Translations under genes and position numbers: made by a program
Shown here: in pieces, positions 48,862-60,300 of the stretch
How positions within the stretch are numbered: the first letter of the stretch is position 1
Layout of the letters: every line of letters starts with the position of its first letter
Notes under the pieces: model-generated
Seen by the model: only the letters and a program-made list of their open reading frames with translations
Told to the model about the DNA's origin: nothing
Database searches by the model: none
Source of the DNA: Candidatus Poribacteria bacterium
GTDB taxonomy: Bacteria > Poribacteria > WGA-4E > PCPOR2b
Length of the DNA stretch: 64,000 bases
Assembly: GCA_965215015.1 (NCBI GenBank)
Contig: OZ244042.1
Coordinates: 1,920,001-1,984,000, forward strand
Direction: 5' to 3'

Positions 48862-51800
48862 TTATATCCCATCGTGGTCAAACCGCTCAGTATAAACCGT
48901 CCATGCCCCTGTCAGGGAATCATATCGGGTCAAGCCGCCGTGCGTGCCAAACCAGAGATAGTCGCCATCGATTGCAATTGATAAGATGCCATTATGAGGA
49001 AGCCCATCGACTTTAGTGAAGGTCGTAAATTGTCCAGAGGTTTTGTCCAACATGGTAACCCCCTTGTCGAATGTACCGAACCAAACCCGATCCCCGCGAA
49101 TTGCCATTGATGTAATCAGATTCGAGCCCAAGCCATCCGCTTCCGTAAGTATCTTCCACGTTTCATTCACTGTATCGTAAACCGTTACACCGCGCCCACT
49201 TCCGAACCAGACCTGCTCCTTGTCAATGGTTATGCAACTGACCTCATCGCTCGCTAGTCCATCCTTTTGGGTAAAAGTAGTCCACATCCCCTGTCTGAGT
49301 GCATAAAGTGAGACGCCCCTTTTCGTTCCTACCCAAACACGATTGTCATCAACCGCTAGGCACCGAACATCATCATTTTTCAGACTCTTGCCGTACTTTC
49401 CTTCCACTGTTGGCAGGATCTCAATAGCAGCGTTATATGTTTCCCAAGCGTTCCGATCGTCGGAGAGAATGCTGTGCTTGCTAATACCGTTTTTCGTGCC
49501 GATCCACACATCGCTTCGATTCTCGACAACCGCTCGGATATCAACGCTCGGTAGTTGATTATCTTCCGTATAGGATTCAAACCGATCCGCGATTTTATCG
49601 TACCGACCGACGCCGCCCTCAGTTGCAATCCAAATATACCGTTTCCCAACAGATAGGTCAATGACATTATTATCGACCAGTTCATTTTTTTCCTCTTTTT
49701 GCTCATCTTCTTCTTCGGCCTCCTCTTCCTCATCCCCGTTGTCTTCCCCATCCCCTTCTGATTCTTCCTCCGATTTCTGAAAGTGCCTCCATCTGTCGTA
49801 CTGTTTATCGTATCGACTCAAGCCACGGTGTGTACCGACCCAGACGTATCGGGGATCGGTCGCAACAGCCACCGATCGTCGATCTGCCAAAGTCGTCGGT
49901 TTGGTGAAGGAGGTCCATGTTCCTTTCTCCTTATCATAGCGGCTCAAGCCCCTTGATGTGCCCACCCACACGTGTTTTGAATCAACCTTGAGCTGGTATC
50001 TCCAGACGCTATCATGAACAAGCCCATCCTCGACCGTGAAAGTTGTCCATGCACCGGACGCTCGCGAGTATTTTAGGACGCCTTTACTACCTGTGCCAAC
50101 CCAGAAACCATCGCTATCCTCCCCGACAGCCTCAACCCCCGAATCGGGGAGTCCATCATTGTGTGTGAAGGAGGTCCACGACTTGCCAATTTTATCGTAT
50201 CTGCTGATACCACTCCAACCGAAGCACCAGACGTAATCCTCGCTGACCTGTCCATACCTGTTCCAATCAACCCGCAGCCCTTTGCGTCTATCATAAATGG
50301 TCCAGGTATCGTTGGTGGGCTGATAGTAACTTACACCACTCGTTCCCCGATCACTGACCCACGAATAAGAACTGCCGCCACTGGTCCACACCCCCTCTCC
50401 GTCTGCGGCAATCCACTGACCGGACCGCGAAGCCATACCTTGCGCCTCTGTGTATGACCGCCAAGTTTTCGTCGCCCGCTCATATCTCTTGACCCCCACG
50501 CCGTTTGTGGAAAACCAGACATAATCTTTCGTACAGGCAATGTCTTCGATGTACGTCCCGGGACCCGCTTCTGTCACCTTCACTGATTCCCATTCTTTAG
50601 TTCGCTTATCATAGTGCGCCGCCACGCCCCCTAGGAAGGCAACCCAAACGCCAGTTGGTGCGTCAATCTCAATCAGCGTGGCGTGGTGTCCCGGTAGCCC
50701 GGATGACTTTGTGAAGTGAGTCCATGTATCAGATGCTTTGTTGTATTGCAGTACACCGCCATCCCCTGTGGCACACCAGACATTTTCTGCCCCCACTGCC
50801 AGCCGGGAAATTGAGGTGATAAACGGGACCTCGGAGGAGAGGGGTAGGGCGTTCTTCGTGTATTCTACCCACGTATCGGTGCGCCGATCAAATTTCAGAA
50901 TTGCACCATTTGGGGAAGCCGCCCAGTTGAGTACCCACAGGTAGTGTCCGTCTAACTCAATCCAACGTGCCGGATCTTCTCTCAGAATCTCTGTATCGCG
51001 ATAGGGCGTATGTTTCTCCCATCGATCTTCCCCCATCTCATAGACAGCAAGTCCGGCAACCGTACCGAAAAAAACCTGTTCACCCACGACAGCAATGCTC
51101 TGAACATTATCGTGCAGCAACCCTTCCGGATGCATGGTAACAACCTGTTGCACTCGGATTCCATCGGAGCGTGCAACACCCCCTGGTGTACCGATCCAGA
51201 TGGTTTCTCTGTCTACCGCAACTGTCCTAACATTCAGGTTCGGTAACCCCTCGGTGATGTGTGTTGACATTCCATCGCGAATAACCCACAATCCATTCCG
51301 TGTGCCGACTAGCAATCGGCCGTCCGGACTGAACGCAAGTGTGTTGACATAATCTGTCACCATCGGAAAAGGTTCAAATTTATCTGTCGCAGCATCTCTC
51401 CGATATAATCCTTCAGTTGTTCCCGCCCAAATTTCCTCATCAATTGCCTGCACCGCTGTTACCCACTTGCTCGTGAGGTAGGAAGGTGAGGCGCGAAAGG
51501 TGGGGCGTGACGAGGAAGGGGCCAAAGGCACCCCCATCGACGAGTTTTGTTGATTCGTTGATCTGCTGATCGTTTCAATCCCCGATTGCGGGGAAGTTGG
51601 TGAGTCTCCTATTAAGACACTCAATCCGCATTTCGTCCCGACCCAAACCTGATTGGAGAGACTGATGCAGGTAACGAAATTGTTTGCCAGCCCATTTCGC
51701 TCGGTATAGAAACGCCACCGCTCCCCTTCTAGTCTTCCCAGCCCCAAGGAGGTCCCAACCCATAGCGTTCCGTCGTTGGCATCACCCACTAAAGAGGTAA

Positions 51801-53055
51801 TATAGTTTGTCGTTAGACCGTCTGCTTTGGTGTAGGTTCTCCACGTTTTTTCGCGAAGTGAGTAGCGGCTCAAACCTTTATTTGTACCAGCCCAGAGGGC
51901 ATTCCCAGTCGAAACCACTACCTTAACCTGATTCGACACCAGCGTATCCCGTCTGGAATACCACGTCCACCCATCTGTCACTTTATCGTATCGCCCCAAA
52001 CCGTGCTCGTATGTGCCAATCCAAATATTCCTACCATCAACAGCTAACGCGGTAATGTGATCGCTAACCAATCCCTGCGCTGTCGTGTACTTGAACCAAG
52101 TGTCTACCGTTGTGATGTACCGCCGAATTCCACGATCCGCCGAACCAAACCAGACATTGTCGCCATCAACTGCTATCGCTCGGATGAAATCGCTCTCTAT
52201 ACGATCCGTTCGGGTATGGCTTTCAGTAAAGGTCTGGTTGATTGTACTGTACTTGCTTACACCCGATTTCTCCGTACCCACCCAAACAGCGTCAGGACTC
52301 AAAGCGATATAGCGGATATGGTTTTCTACCAACCCTTCCTCTTTCGTGTAAGCGTTCCACGCGTCCTTGGGTTTATCGTAGCGTCGGAGCCCGTCTTCTG
52401 TGCCGAACCAAACATACTTGGATTCCACTGCAACTGCGGTGATTGCGTTAAATTGATCTTTATCCTTCTCCTGTTGTAACGCCCACGCCCTAGTAGTCTT
52501 ATCATAACGCGAAATGCCCGCATCGGTACCAACCCAGATATAATTTCCGTCCACAGCGATTGCGGTCACTTTGTTGCTGGCCAAGCCGTCACGCCGCTGG
52601 AACTTTTTCCAATGGTTAGTTTCCAAGTCATAAAGACTAACGCCGAGAGGCGTACCTATCCAGACCGATTTCCCATCGGCGGCGATTGCGATAACATCAT
52701 CAGAGAGGAGCCCGTCCTCCCTGTCTAATTTTGTCCAACGATTGTCTGCTTTATGATAGACGCTGACCCCCCGATCTGTCCCTACCCAGACGTGGTCAAC
52801 TGAAGTTGAAACACAGCGGACATTATCGCTCACTAACGCTTGTTCCGCTGCTGCTTGGGTAATCGCAGCTTCCTCCAAAACAGTTGACTTGTCTGCCCGT
52901 TGATCAATTTGGCTGAGACCACACCCAAGGTGAAATAGCAGCATCAAAACTTGAAAGCAGAATAACGAGACAACGGGATAACGGGACAACAGTGGCCCTT
53001 TCGTTTTCACGTTCTCTCGGCTGCCCGTTTTTAGATCCCCATTAATCTTCCGCAT
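48862..53055 (-). CDS. Multi-beta-propeller lipoprotein 3 (two-component-regulator-propeller-type repeats only)
   Basis: Lipobox HLGC; ~29 repeats of L.S..V.AIAVD...VW.GT..G.SRYD...W..YT..DG. Start ATG 53055 or GTG 53010; the ORF-track start lies deep inside the upstream gene. Confidence 0.85.
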   Translation of the reverse strand: MRKINGDLKTGSRENVKTKGPLLSRYPVVSLFCFQVLMLLFHLGCGLSQIDQRADKSTVLEEAAITQAAAEQALVSDNVRCVSTSVDHVWVGTDRGVSVYHKADNRWTKLDREDGLLSDDVIAIAADGKSVWIGTPLGVSLYDLETNHWKKFQRRDGLASNKVTAIAVDGNYIWVGTDAGISRYDKTTRAWALQQEKDKDQFNAITAVAVESKYVWFGTEDGLRRYDKPKDAWNAYTKEEGLVENHIRYIALSPDAVWVGTEKSGVSKYSTINQTFTESHTRTDRIESDFIRAIAVDGDNVWFGSADRGIRRYITTVDTWFKYTTAQGLVSDHITALAVDGRNIWIGTYEHGLGRYDKVTDGWTWYSRRDTLVSNQVKVVVSTGNALWAGTNKGLSRYSLREKTWRTYTKADGLTTNYITSLVGDANDGTLWVGTSLGLGRLEGERWRFYTERNGLANNFVTCISLSNQVWVGTKCGLSVLIGDSPTSPQSGIETISRSTNQQNSSMGVPLAPSSSRPTFRASPSYLTSKWVTAVQAIDEEIWAGTTEGLYRRDAATDKFEPFPMVTDYVNTLAFSPDGRLLVGTRNGLWVIRDGMSTHITEGLPNLNVRTVAVDRETIWIGTPGGVARSDGIRVQQVVTMHPEGLLHDNVQSIAVVGEQVFFGTVAGLAVYEMGEDRWEKHTPYRDTEILREDPARWIELDGHYLWVLNWAASPNGAILKFDRRTDTWVEYTKNALPLSSEVPFITSISRLAVGAENVWCATGDGGVLQYNKASDTWTHFTKSSGLPGHHATLIEIDAPTGVWVAFLGGVAAHYDKRTKEWESVKVTEAGPGTYIEDIACTKDYVWFSTNGVGVKRYERATKTWRSYTEAQGMASRSGQWIAADGEGVWTSGGSSYSWVSDRGTSGVSYYQPTNDTWTIYDRRKGLRVDWNRYGQVSEDYVWCFGWSGISRYDKIGKSWTSFTHNDGLPDSGVEAVGEDSDGFWVGTGSKGVLKYSRASGAWTTFTVEDGLVHDSVWRYQLKVDSKHVWVGTSRGLSRYDKEKGTWTSFTKPTTLADRRSVAVATDPRYVWVGTHRGLSRYDKQYDRWRHFQKSEEESEGDGEDNGDEEEEAEEEDEQKEEKNELVDNNVIDLSVGKRYIWIATEGGVGRYDKIADRFESYTEDNQLPSVDIRAVVENRSDVWIGTKNGISKHSILSDDRNAWETYNAAIEILPTVEGKYGKSLKNDDVRCLAVDDNRVWVGTKRGVSLYALRQGMWTTFTQKDGLASDEVSCITIDKEQVWFGSGRGVTVYDTVNETWKILTEADGLGSNLITSMAIRGDRVWFGTFDKGVTMLDKTSGQFTTFTKVDGLPHNGILSIAIDGDYLWFGTHGGLTRYDSLTGAWTVYTERFDHDGI

Positions 53056-56000
53056 AACTTGTCCATGTCCCTGTTTTCTGATTGTAGCGACACAAACCCC
53101 GCTCCGTGCCAAACCAGAGTTGGTCACCATCAAACGCGATTGCCTCGACTCGATTATGGGGCAAGCCATCGTCCATATTAAAGATACGCCAGCTACCCGT
53201 GTTTCTATCCAGTCGTGTAACTCCCGCATCTGCCGAACCAAACCAGATTTCCTCCCCGTTCAAAGCGATGCAGGTAACAACATCGCCCCCCAAACCGTCC
53301 GATCGGGTGTAAGTAACAAAATCCCCAGATTCGATGTTGTACTTTGTCGCACCCTTACCCGTACCGAACCAGAGGGCTTCTCCATCAATGACGATGACGC
53401 TAGTGTCTGTCAGGTTGCTCTGAAGCCCGAGCTTATCAAGGACAGAGCTACCTGTGATCAGGGCTTCCCATGTCTTTTTTGCTGTATCATACCGGCAAGC
53501 CCCTTTGTCCGTGCCAAACCAGACCATCTCCTCACCGACCGCAACGCAACGAACATCATCACTCAGAAGAGTCTCTGCGTATTTCTTATCATCACCCATG
53601 CCTTTGATTTCCAGGGCGTGTGTGTATGACTCCCAAGCATTTGGATCATCAGACAGACGGTTGAAGGTTGCAACGCCCCGGTCTGTCGAGATCCATAAGT
53701 CGTAGCCTCTTACGTCCAAATCTCGGATAGTATTGGAAGGCAAACCGTTTTCAACGGTGTAGGTTTCCCAGCGATCACCGGCTTTATCGTAGCGCAGGAC
53801 GCCTCTGTTGGTGCCGAGCCAGGCGTATTTTTCGTCAATCGCTAGGCAGGTGACACCGGGTGTATCGTCCTCCCCATCCTCCACCCCCTTTAGACGGGGA
53901 GCAAACCAACGATCTGTTTGCTTGTCGTATCGATGTAAGCCATTGGTCGTTGCCAACCACACATAACGTGCTTCGGCGGCAATTGCGTACACCTTCGACT
54001 CGCGAAGCGTCCGTGTCAGAGGCGACTGGGTGAAAGTCGTCCATGCCTCTGTCTTGAGGTCATATCGGCTCAATCCCCCGGCTGTTCCCACCCAAGCATA
54101 GTTGTCATCTACCACTAGGGAATACTCAATGAGGTCGTTACTTGCGAGACCATTTTCCTCACTGAAAAATGTCCAATCCTTTGCGGCTTTGTTATACCGA
54201 GCCAATCCCTGTTCGTCCGCCGCGAACCAGACCGCGCCGGTAGTTTCCACAACTTGCATCGTGCGGTCAAAATTAACACCCTCCATCTGTGGGAGTTTCA
54301 ATGTCGTCCACGAGTCTGTTTTATTGTGATACTTCGACGCAATGGCACCACTCCCGCTCCACCCTGAGTACCTAAGCCAAACGCCATCCAGTCCCCTGTC
54401 GATCCCGTAGTTCACGCCTGAGAGCACCCGCCAGCTTGAAAATATCTCCCATTCTCCCGTCCGTCGATTATAACGGCTAGCATCTCCCCATCCCGTAACC
54501 CAGACATAATCGCCTGCGATGAGCAAATCATTGGTTTCATTGTTTCCCAAACCGTGCGCTTCCGTGATAGAGATCCATCGATCCGCCAATTTATCGTACT
54601 GCTTAATTCCTTCCCAAACCGTCGTCACCCAGACATATCGCGGATCGACCGCAATGGTCCCAATATTACTCCATTCTACACTTGGCACGATTTCATAAGT
54701 TTCCCATGTATCCGTCTCAAGTGAATAACGGCTCACCACACCGCCAATATGCGCTGTCCAGAGATATGGGGCATCAAGAACAATCGTCCAAACTTCATTG
54801 TTTGGCAGACCATCCTCCACCGTATAATGACGCCACCTATCCGTCGCTTTATCGTAGCGTAACAACCCGCCGTTGGTGCCGACCCAAACCGCATTTCCAC
54901 CCACAGTCAGCGCGTGGATGCGCGTGATTGGCCTCTCAATAGATTTCAATGGGAGGTCTGCTTTGCTGAAAAAGCGAAACGTATCTGTTCGTCCGTTATA
55001 CCTTACGATGGCCCCGTCTGTAGAATCCTTCCAATTACCAAACCAGAGCCCATCCCCGTCTTCCGCCAGCTTGCTGACCCAATTCGAGTGCAGCATTTCT
55101 GTCGTTGTCGCTGCAACGTGTTTCGACCAGTCGCCTGTCCCTTCATCCAAACAGCTGACTCCGGCGGTCGTACCTACCCAAACCTTCCCACCATTCTTTG
55201 AAATGGTTTTGACGTTATCGGAGGCGAGTCCCTCGTTAGTGTTCTCGCGGGTATAATGCGTCCATGCGGCTTCTGTGATGTTGTACTTTGCCAGTCCCAA
55301 CGGTGTTCCTATCCAGATGGTATCGTCATCAACGACAATCGCTCTGACATTGGCATGAGGAGCGTTTAATAAAGGCGCGAAAGACCGTTCGTTGTCTCGT
55401 TTTTTTCTTGCTGCGTTTTCTTTTTCTATGATGGTTGACCGGTCTAACCGCACCAAGCCGGACAGCGTGCCTATCCAGATAGAATTACCCTCTATTCCAA
55501 CGGTGTTAATCACCGCCGAAGGCAGCCCATCCGTCTCAGTCAGTTTGCCCGCAATACGGGCAGACCGATTATAGTAGATAAGACCATCTGTGGTAGCAAT
55601 CCAGACGAAATTGTCATCTAGTTTGATGTCATTAATCCAACCGGAGACTTGCAACCCAGACGGATGTGTATTCCATTTTCGGTTTTGAGGTTCGTAGGTT
55701 GAGAGTCCAGCTCTTGTTCCAATCCATAGGCGTGAGAACGTGCTCTGAGCACCTCTATGCTCCGACTCCCATGCAATACAGGTCACGAAATCATGTGCCA
55801 ATCCATCTTTCGTCGCAAAAAACGTCCACCTGTCTTCGTTTTTATGTTGAGAGGCAAATTTCGCCACCTTGTTCTCTTTTGATTCTACCGGAATTTGCCT
55901 CTTGCCTAAACCGCGCGGTGTGCCGACCCAGAGATCTTTCCCTACTTCCACAACAGCGGTAATGTAGTTATCCGCCAAACCATCTGCCTTACTCAACGTC

Positions 56001-57145
56001 CGCCAATTAAGTGCCGCCGAAAATTCTGGACCTTCGAGATAAGTTGCTTGGTTCAATCCGGATCGTGTTGCTACCCAAACTGACTCATCCGTCGCTAAAA
56101 TGTGCTTTACGTCATTATCACTCAATGCCTTAATTGCGCCATAAACCCTCCACGTTTCATGGCGCAAGTCATATCGTACCAGTCCATGCTCATACGTACC
56201 GAACCACACTACATTGCCATCTGCGGCAATTGCCGTGATATGATTGGAAGGCAACCCGCCTTCTGTCGTGTATTCCCGCCATGTATTAACAGATAAAATG
56301 TAGCGTTGGGCACCACTGTCAGCAGTCCCTAACCATAGTGACGTTCCGTCTACTGCCAGTGCGTTTATCTGATCGCTCGTCAGCCGATCCCTTTTGGTGT
56401 ACGCCCTAACAAACTCCGAATTTCGTTGATCATAGCGACTGAGGCCCTTATTCTCCGTGCCGAACCAAACAGAATCCTCATCGGCGGCAATCGCAGTCAC
56501 ACTGTTATCGATAAGGCCGCTGTCCTTATCATAGTTGTTCCATGAATCGGTGAGTTTGTCATATCTGGAAACCCCGTTCTCCGTACCGACCCAGATGTAG
56601 TCATCATCAATTGTAATCTGTGTAACAGTGTCACCCGCGAGCCCATCCGCCTCGCGCTTCCGTGCCCAACTGTTTGTCTGTTTGTCATAGCGGGAAAGTC
56701 CGTTGGGGGTGCCAAGCCAGATAAATCTCGAATCAGCAGCAATGCAGGAGACCTCTCGCCCTGCCAAGCCATCGCGCGGCATGTAGCGTGTCCACACATT
56801 CGTCTCCATTTCATAACGACTCACGCCATCGCGTGTGCCGATCCAGATCTGAGTGTCGTCCAAAGCAATCGATAAAACGTAGTTGTGAGCCAAACCGTCT
56901 CTCACAGTGAAGTTACTCCACCGACCTTGCATCTTATCGTATCGACTTAACCCCCGGTCAGTACCTACCCACAAATAACGTGAATCAACAGCTAGGGATA
57001 GAACGCGGTCACTCAGGAGCTGGCTGGCTACACCTCCCTCCTCATCAACGAAAAAATCAGGGTGCATCTGCCGTGGATCATGTATAGAACAACTCGCCAA
57101 AGACAGGAGTATTATGAACCCCAAGATTATAGGGACTTGACGCAT
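53042..57145 (-). CDS. Multi-beta-propeller lipoprotein 2
   Basis: MRQ plus hydrophobic stretch plus lipobox LASC; the same ~29 repeats, colinear with its neighbours. Confidence 0.87.
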   Translation of the reverse strand: MRQVPIILGFIILLSLASCSIHDPRQMHPDFFVDEEGGVASQLLSDRVLSLAVDSRYLWVGTDRGLSRYDKMQGRWSNFTVRDGLAHNYVLSIALDDTQIWIGTRDGVSRYEMETNVWTRYMPRDGLAGREVSCIAADSRFIWLGTPNGLSRYDKQTNSWARKREADGLAGDTVTQITIDDDYIWVGTENGVSRYDKLTDSWNNYDKDSGLIDNSVTAIAADEDSVWFGTENKGLSRYDQRNSEFVRAYTKRDRLTSDQINALAVDGTSLWLGTADSGAQRYILSVNTWREYTTEGGLPSNHITAIAADGNVVWFGTYEHGLVRYDLRHETWRVYGAIKALSDNDVKHILATDESVWVATRSGLNQATYLEGPEFSAALNWRTLSKADGLADNYITAVVEVGKDLWVGTPRGLGKRQIPVESKENKVAKFASQHKNEDRWTFFATKDGLAHDFVTCIAWESEHRGAQSTFSRLWIGTRAGLSTYEPQNRKWNTHPSGLQVSGWINDIKLDDNFVWIATTDGLIYYNRSARIAGKLTETDGLPSAVINTVGIEGNSIWIGTLSGLVRLDRSTIIEKENAARKKRDNERSFAPLLNAPHANVRAIVVDDDTIWIGTPLGLAKYNITEAAWTHYTRENTNEGLASDNVKTISKNGGKVWVGTTAGVSCLDEGTGDWSKHVAATTTEMLHSNWVSKLAEDGDGLWFGNWKDSTDGAIVRYNGRTDTFRFFSKADLPLKSIERPITRIHALTVGGNAVWVGTNGGLLRYDKATDRWRHYTVEDGLPNNEVWTIVLDAPYLWTAHIGGVVSRYSLETDTWETYEIVPSVEWSNIGTIAVDPRYVWVTTVWEGIKQYDKLADRWISITEAHGLGNNETNDLLIAGDYVWVTGWGDASRYNRRTGEWEIFSSWRVLSGVNYGIDRGLDGVWLRYSGWSGSGAIASKYHNKTDSWTTLKLPQMEGVNFDRTMQVVETTGAVWFAADEQGLARYNKAAKDWTFFSEENGLASNDLIEYSLVVDDNYAWVGTAGGLSRYDLKTEAWTTFTQSPLTRTLRESKVYAIAAEARYVWLATTNGLHRYDKQTDRWFAPRLKGVEDGEDDTPGVTCLAIDEKYAWLGTNRGVLRYDKAGDRWETYTVENGLPSNTIRDLDVRGYDLWISTDRGVATFNRLSDDPNAWESYTHALEIKGMGDDKKYAETLLSDDVRCVAVGEEMVWFGTDKGACRYDTAKKTWEALITGSSVLDKLGLQSNLTDTSVIVIDGEALWFGTGKGATKYNIESGDFVTYTRSDGLGGDVVTCIALNGEEIWFGSADAGVTRLDRNTGSWRIFNMDDGLPHNRVEAIAFDGDQLWFGTERGLCRYNQKTGTWTSYAED

Positions 57146-57321
57146 ATTTGTGTGCCTCTTCTGTAGAAAACAACAATCTTTGTGCCCCAATCAAGACATT
57201 TTTCCAAAACCGTGAAATAGTCTGTCTCTTCTGCAATGTTTTGGCTCAATCTTGACGCGAGAAGAATCCCTTTAAGGGCCAACCTTCTATGGAATTGACT
57301 TCTACATATTCTATTTTCAAA

Positions 57322-60300
57322 TCACCTTCGGTCTTCTTCTTCATCAAAATGTGGGGTAAAAATTGTCCACGTATCTGTCACTATATCATGCCGACTGAGT
57401 CCACGCTCAGTCCCTACCCAAACGGAATCCCCATCTATCGCAAGCGCAAACACACGATTATGACTGAGTCCATCTTTTTGTGTAAAGTGTTTCCATTCTG
57501 TTGTTGCCTTATGGTAGCGGGACACGCCAGCATCAAAACTGCCGAACCAGACGAAATCACCATTTGCAACGATACTGGTAATCTGATCGCTGGCTAAACC
57601 GTCAGACGGTGTGAAGAGGCGCCATTCTTCTGTCTTCGTGTTTAATCTGCTGACACCCCCTTCTGTGCCAAACCACACCCAATCCCCGTCAATGCAAATA
57701 CTACTCACTTTGTTCCGATACAATCCAGCCCGCTTCGTATAAGTTACCCAGACCTCCTTTTTCATGTCATAGCGACTGATGCCTCTCTCTGTCCCCACCC
57801 AGACGTAGCGATCTCCCACTGCTATACTAGTAACGCGGTTATCTACAAGACTGTTAGCGTATTCTTGAGATAATAGCATTGTGTCCACATCGTCTGCACG
57901 TGTGAAGGTCTCCCAAGCATTAGGGTCGTCCGAAAGTGTATTGTATCTGCTCACCCCTTTCTCTGTGCCGACCCATAAGGTGCGTCCTTTCACATCGGCA
58001 ACCTTGACAAATGTGTCGGCTAGACCGTTTTCTGCTTCGTGCTGATCCGCCCAATGCGCCGATTTGTCGAACCGGGTTACACCCTTGGCAGTTGCTATCC
58101 ACAAATATTTGTCGTCGGTGACAAGATCGTTCACAGGTTCCTCCACAATGCGCTTCTCCAACCATAAGTCATTTTGTTTATCGTAGCGCCTGGCTCCCCA
58201 ATCTGTTCCGCAATACAGGTAGCGAGAATCGACAGCAATTGCATGCACCACTTCAGCGGGCACAGCGCGTCTCCCCGTATATACCGTCCAGCTATCTTTA
58301 CGCATGTCATAACGACTGATACCGTTGGGACCACCCAGCCAAAGGAAGTTGTCCTCAGCTTTCAAAGTTGGATAGTTTATCCGATTATTCAGCAGACCAT
58401 CCTCTTCCGTAAAAACCGTCCAAGATGAGGCTGCCTTATCGTATCGACTGATACCGTGCTCTCGGCTTCCGAACCACACGAATTCAGTCGTTTCTTGAAC
58501 ATCTCTGAAATTGTTTCCTACATTCTCTGGATGTCCTCGGAAGACCTGCCAAGTCTGATTGGCCCTATGAAATCCGCTGGCGGGGACCGTATCGTCATTT
58601 TCCCACCAGCTCTGGTTATACAACACCCACATATAGTCTATCCCAGAGATAACTTCCCGAATCCGGTCAGCAACCAACCCTTTGCTGGAATCAATGATGA
58701 CCCAGCTATCTGTATGCTCATCATACTTGCTCAAGCCCTCACCCCAACCATAAGCCCAGACATCGTCATTGTCCACGACAACAAAGCCGATGGTTGCATC
58801 CAATAGACCATTCGCTGCAGTGTAACGTTTCCATGTTTCGTTCTGTTTGTCGTAACGTGCCACTCCCTCCATCTGTGCTGGAACCCAGACATAACGCCTA
58901 TCCGCCGCAAGGCGCGTGCGATATGATTCCATATCAGGGGAGACTTCCTTAAAAACCACCTGATGGGTTTCCCATTTATCCCTATCCCGCCGATACCGAC
59001 AGATTCGATTATCTCTCAAAACGACCCATACGTCATTTCCATCAACCATCAATGTTGTCGTTTTGCTCGCTGCCAGCCCATCTTTGACGGTGTAGTGCCT
59101 CCACGTATCCGAATTTTTATAATAAGCGAGCACTCCCCCATCCGTGGCAAACCATACACTGTCATCAGTCACCTCCATCCAATCAATTTGGGTGATGAGA
59201 GGCAAATTCTGCCAATCATTCCTTTTTTTATCGTAGCGGAACTTGCCTCTTGGTATCTGACTATTCGGGGGGGGCGGATGTAGGGGGGCTTTACCAACTT
59301 GCCTGGAATCTCGCTCTGATTGGTGGGACCCGCTCTGGTAGATTTCCGTCACATCCTCCTTCATGTAATGCGTCCAAGTTCCGGTGCGCTTGTCATACCG
59401 AATGATTTCTCCGTTGGCGGTGCCCCCCCATGCCAAAAACCACACCCAATCACCATCTAGTGCTGTGTGTTGTATACTGCTGTGGCGCAGAATAACCGTC
59501 CGTTCCTTTGCGCGAATCGCTCGCCAAGAGTTGTCTTCAGGAGAGTATACACCCAATCCGCCGATTGTCCCCAGCCAAATTTGATCGTCTACCACGCAAA
59601 TATCCCGCACGTTTTCGTGTCCCATCGCTACCCCTGGCTGAGTTAAATTGAATTGTCTCCAATCCAATCCTGGCACGGCGGAAACCCAACTGTTGCGAGG
59701 AAGTACACCTAACCCGCCCGGTGTACCGACCCAAAGGGCGTCTTGGGTGATAGCGAGTGTTCTTACGTTGTTATTCGGCAGTCCATCTGCCCTTGTAAAG
59801 TTGTGCCATCTTTTCTCCCGTTTATCGAATATGGAAAGTCCTTGTTGTGTCCCGACCCAAAGTCTGTTCTTCTCACTTGCAATCGCGTTGACGTGATGCG
59901 TGAAACGTGATGCGTGAAACGTGACACGTTGATTGGTTAAATCGCTGTTCTGCGAGTCCGTGAGTCGAGCTAGCCCTCGATTGGTTCCAAGCCAAAGGGA
60001 GTTGTTGTCAACGGCGATCGCGTTTATCCACGTTCCTTGCAGCTCCTTAAAAGTATGCCATTTGCCGTTCTGCTGATTATATTGACAAAGCCCATTGCGT
60101 GTGCCGATCCAGACCACCTGATCAACCACAGCTACATCAAGGACAAAATCGCTAGGAAGTCCATGCCGCCGCCGCCAGAATTTCCACCGATTGTTCTGAT
60201 ACCGCCCCACCCCCTTTGACGTTCCAACCCAGATTTTATCATCGTCAGCGACAACGCGGGTAATATAATTGGTTGTCAATCCCTGTGCTTTGGTATAGGT

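Noticed and set aside
53056-53241. 200-bp overlap between propeller genes 2 and 3
   Set aside because: The lipoprotein signal lies downstream; a start at 53055 or 53010 reduces the overlap to 14 bp or none.
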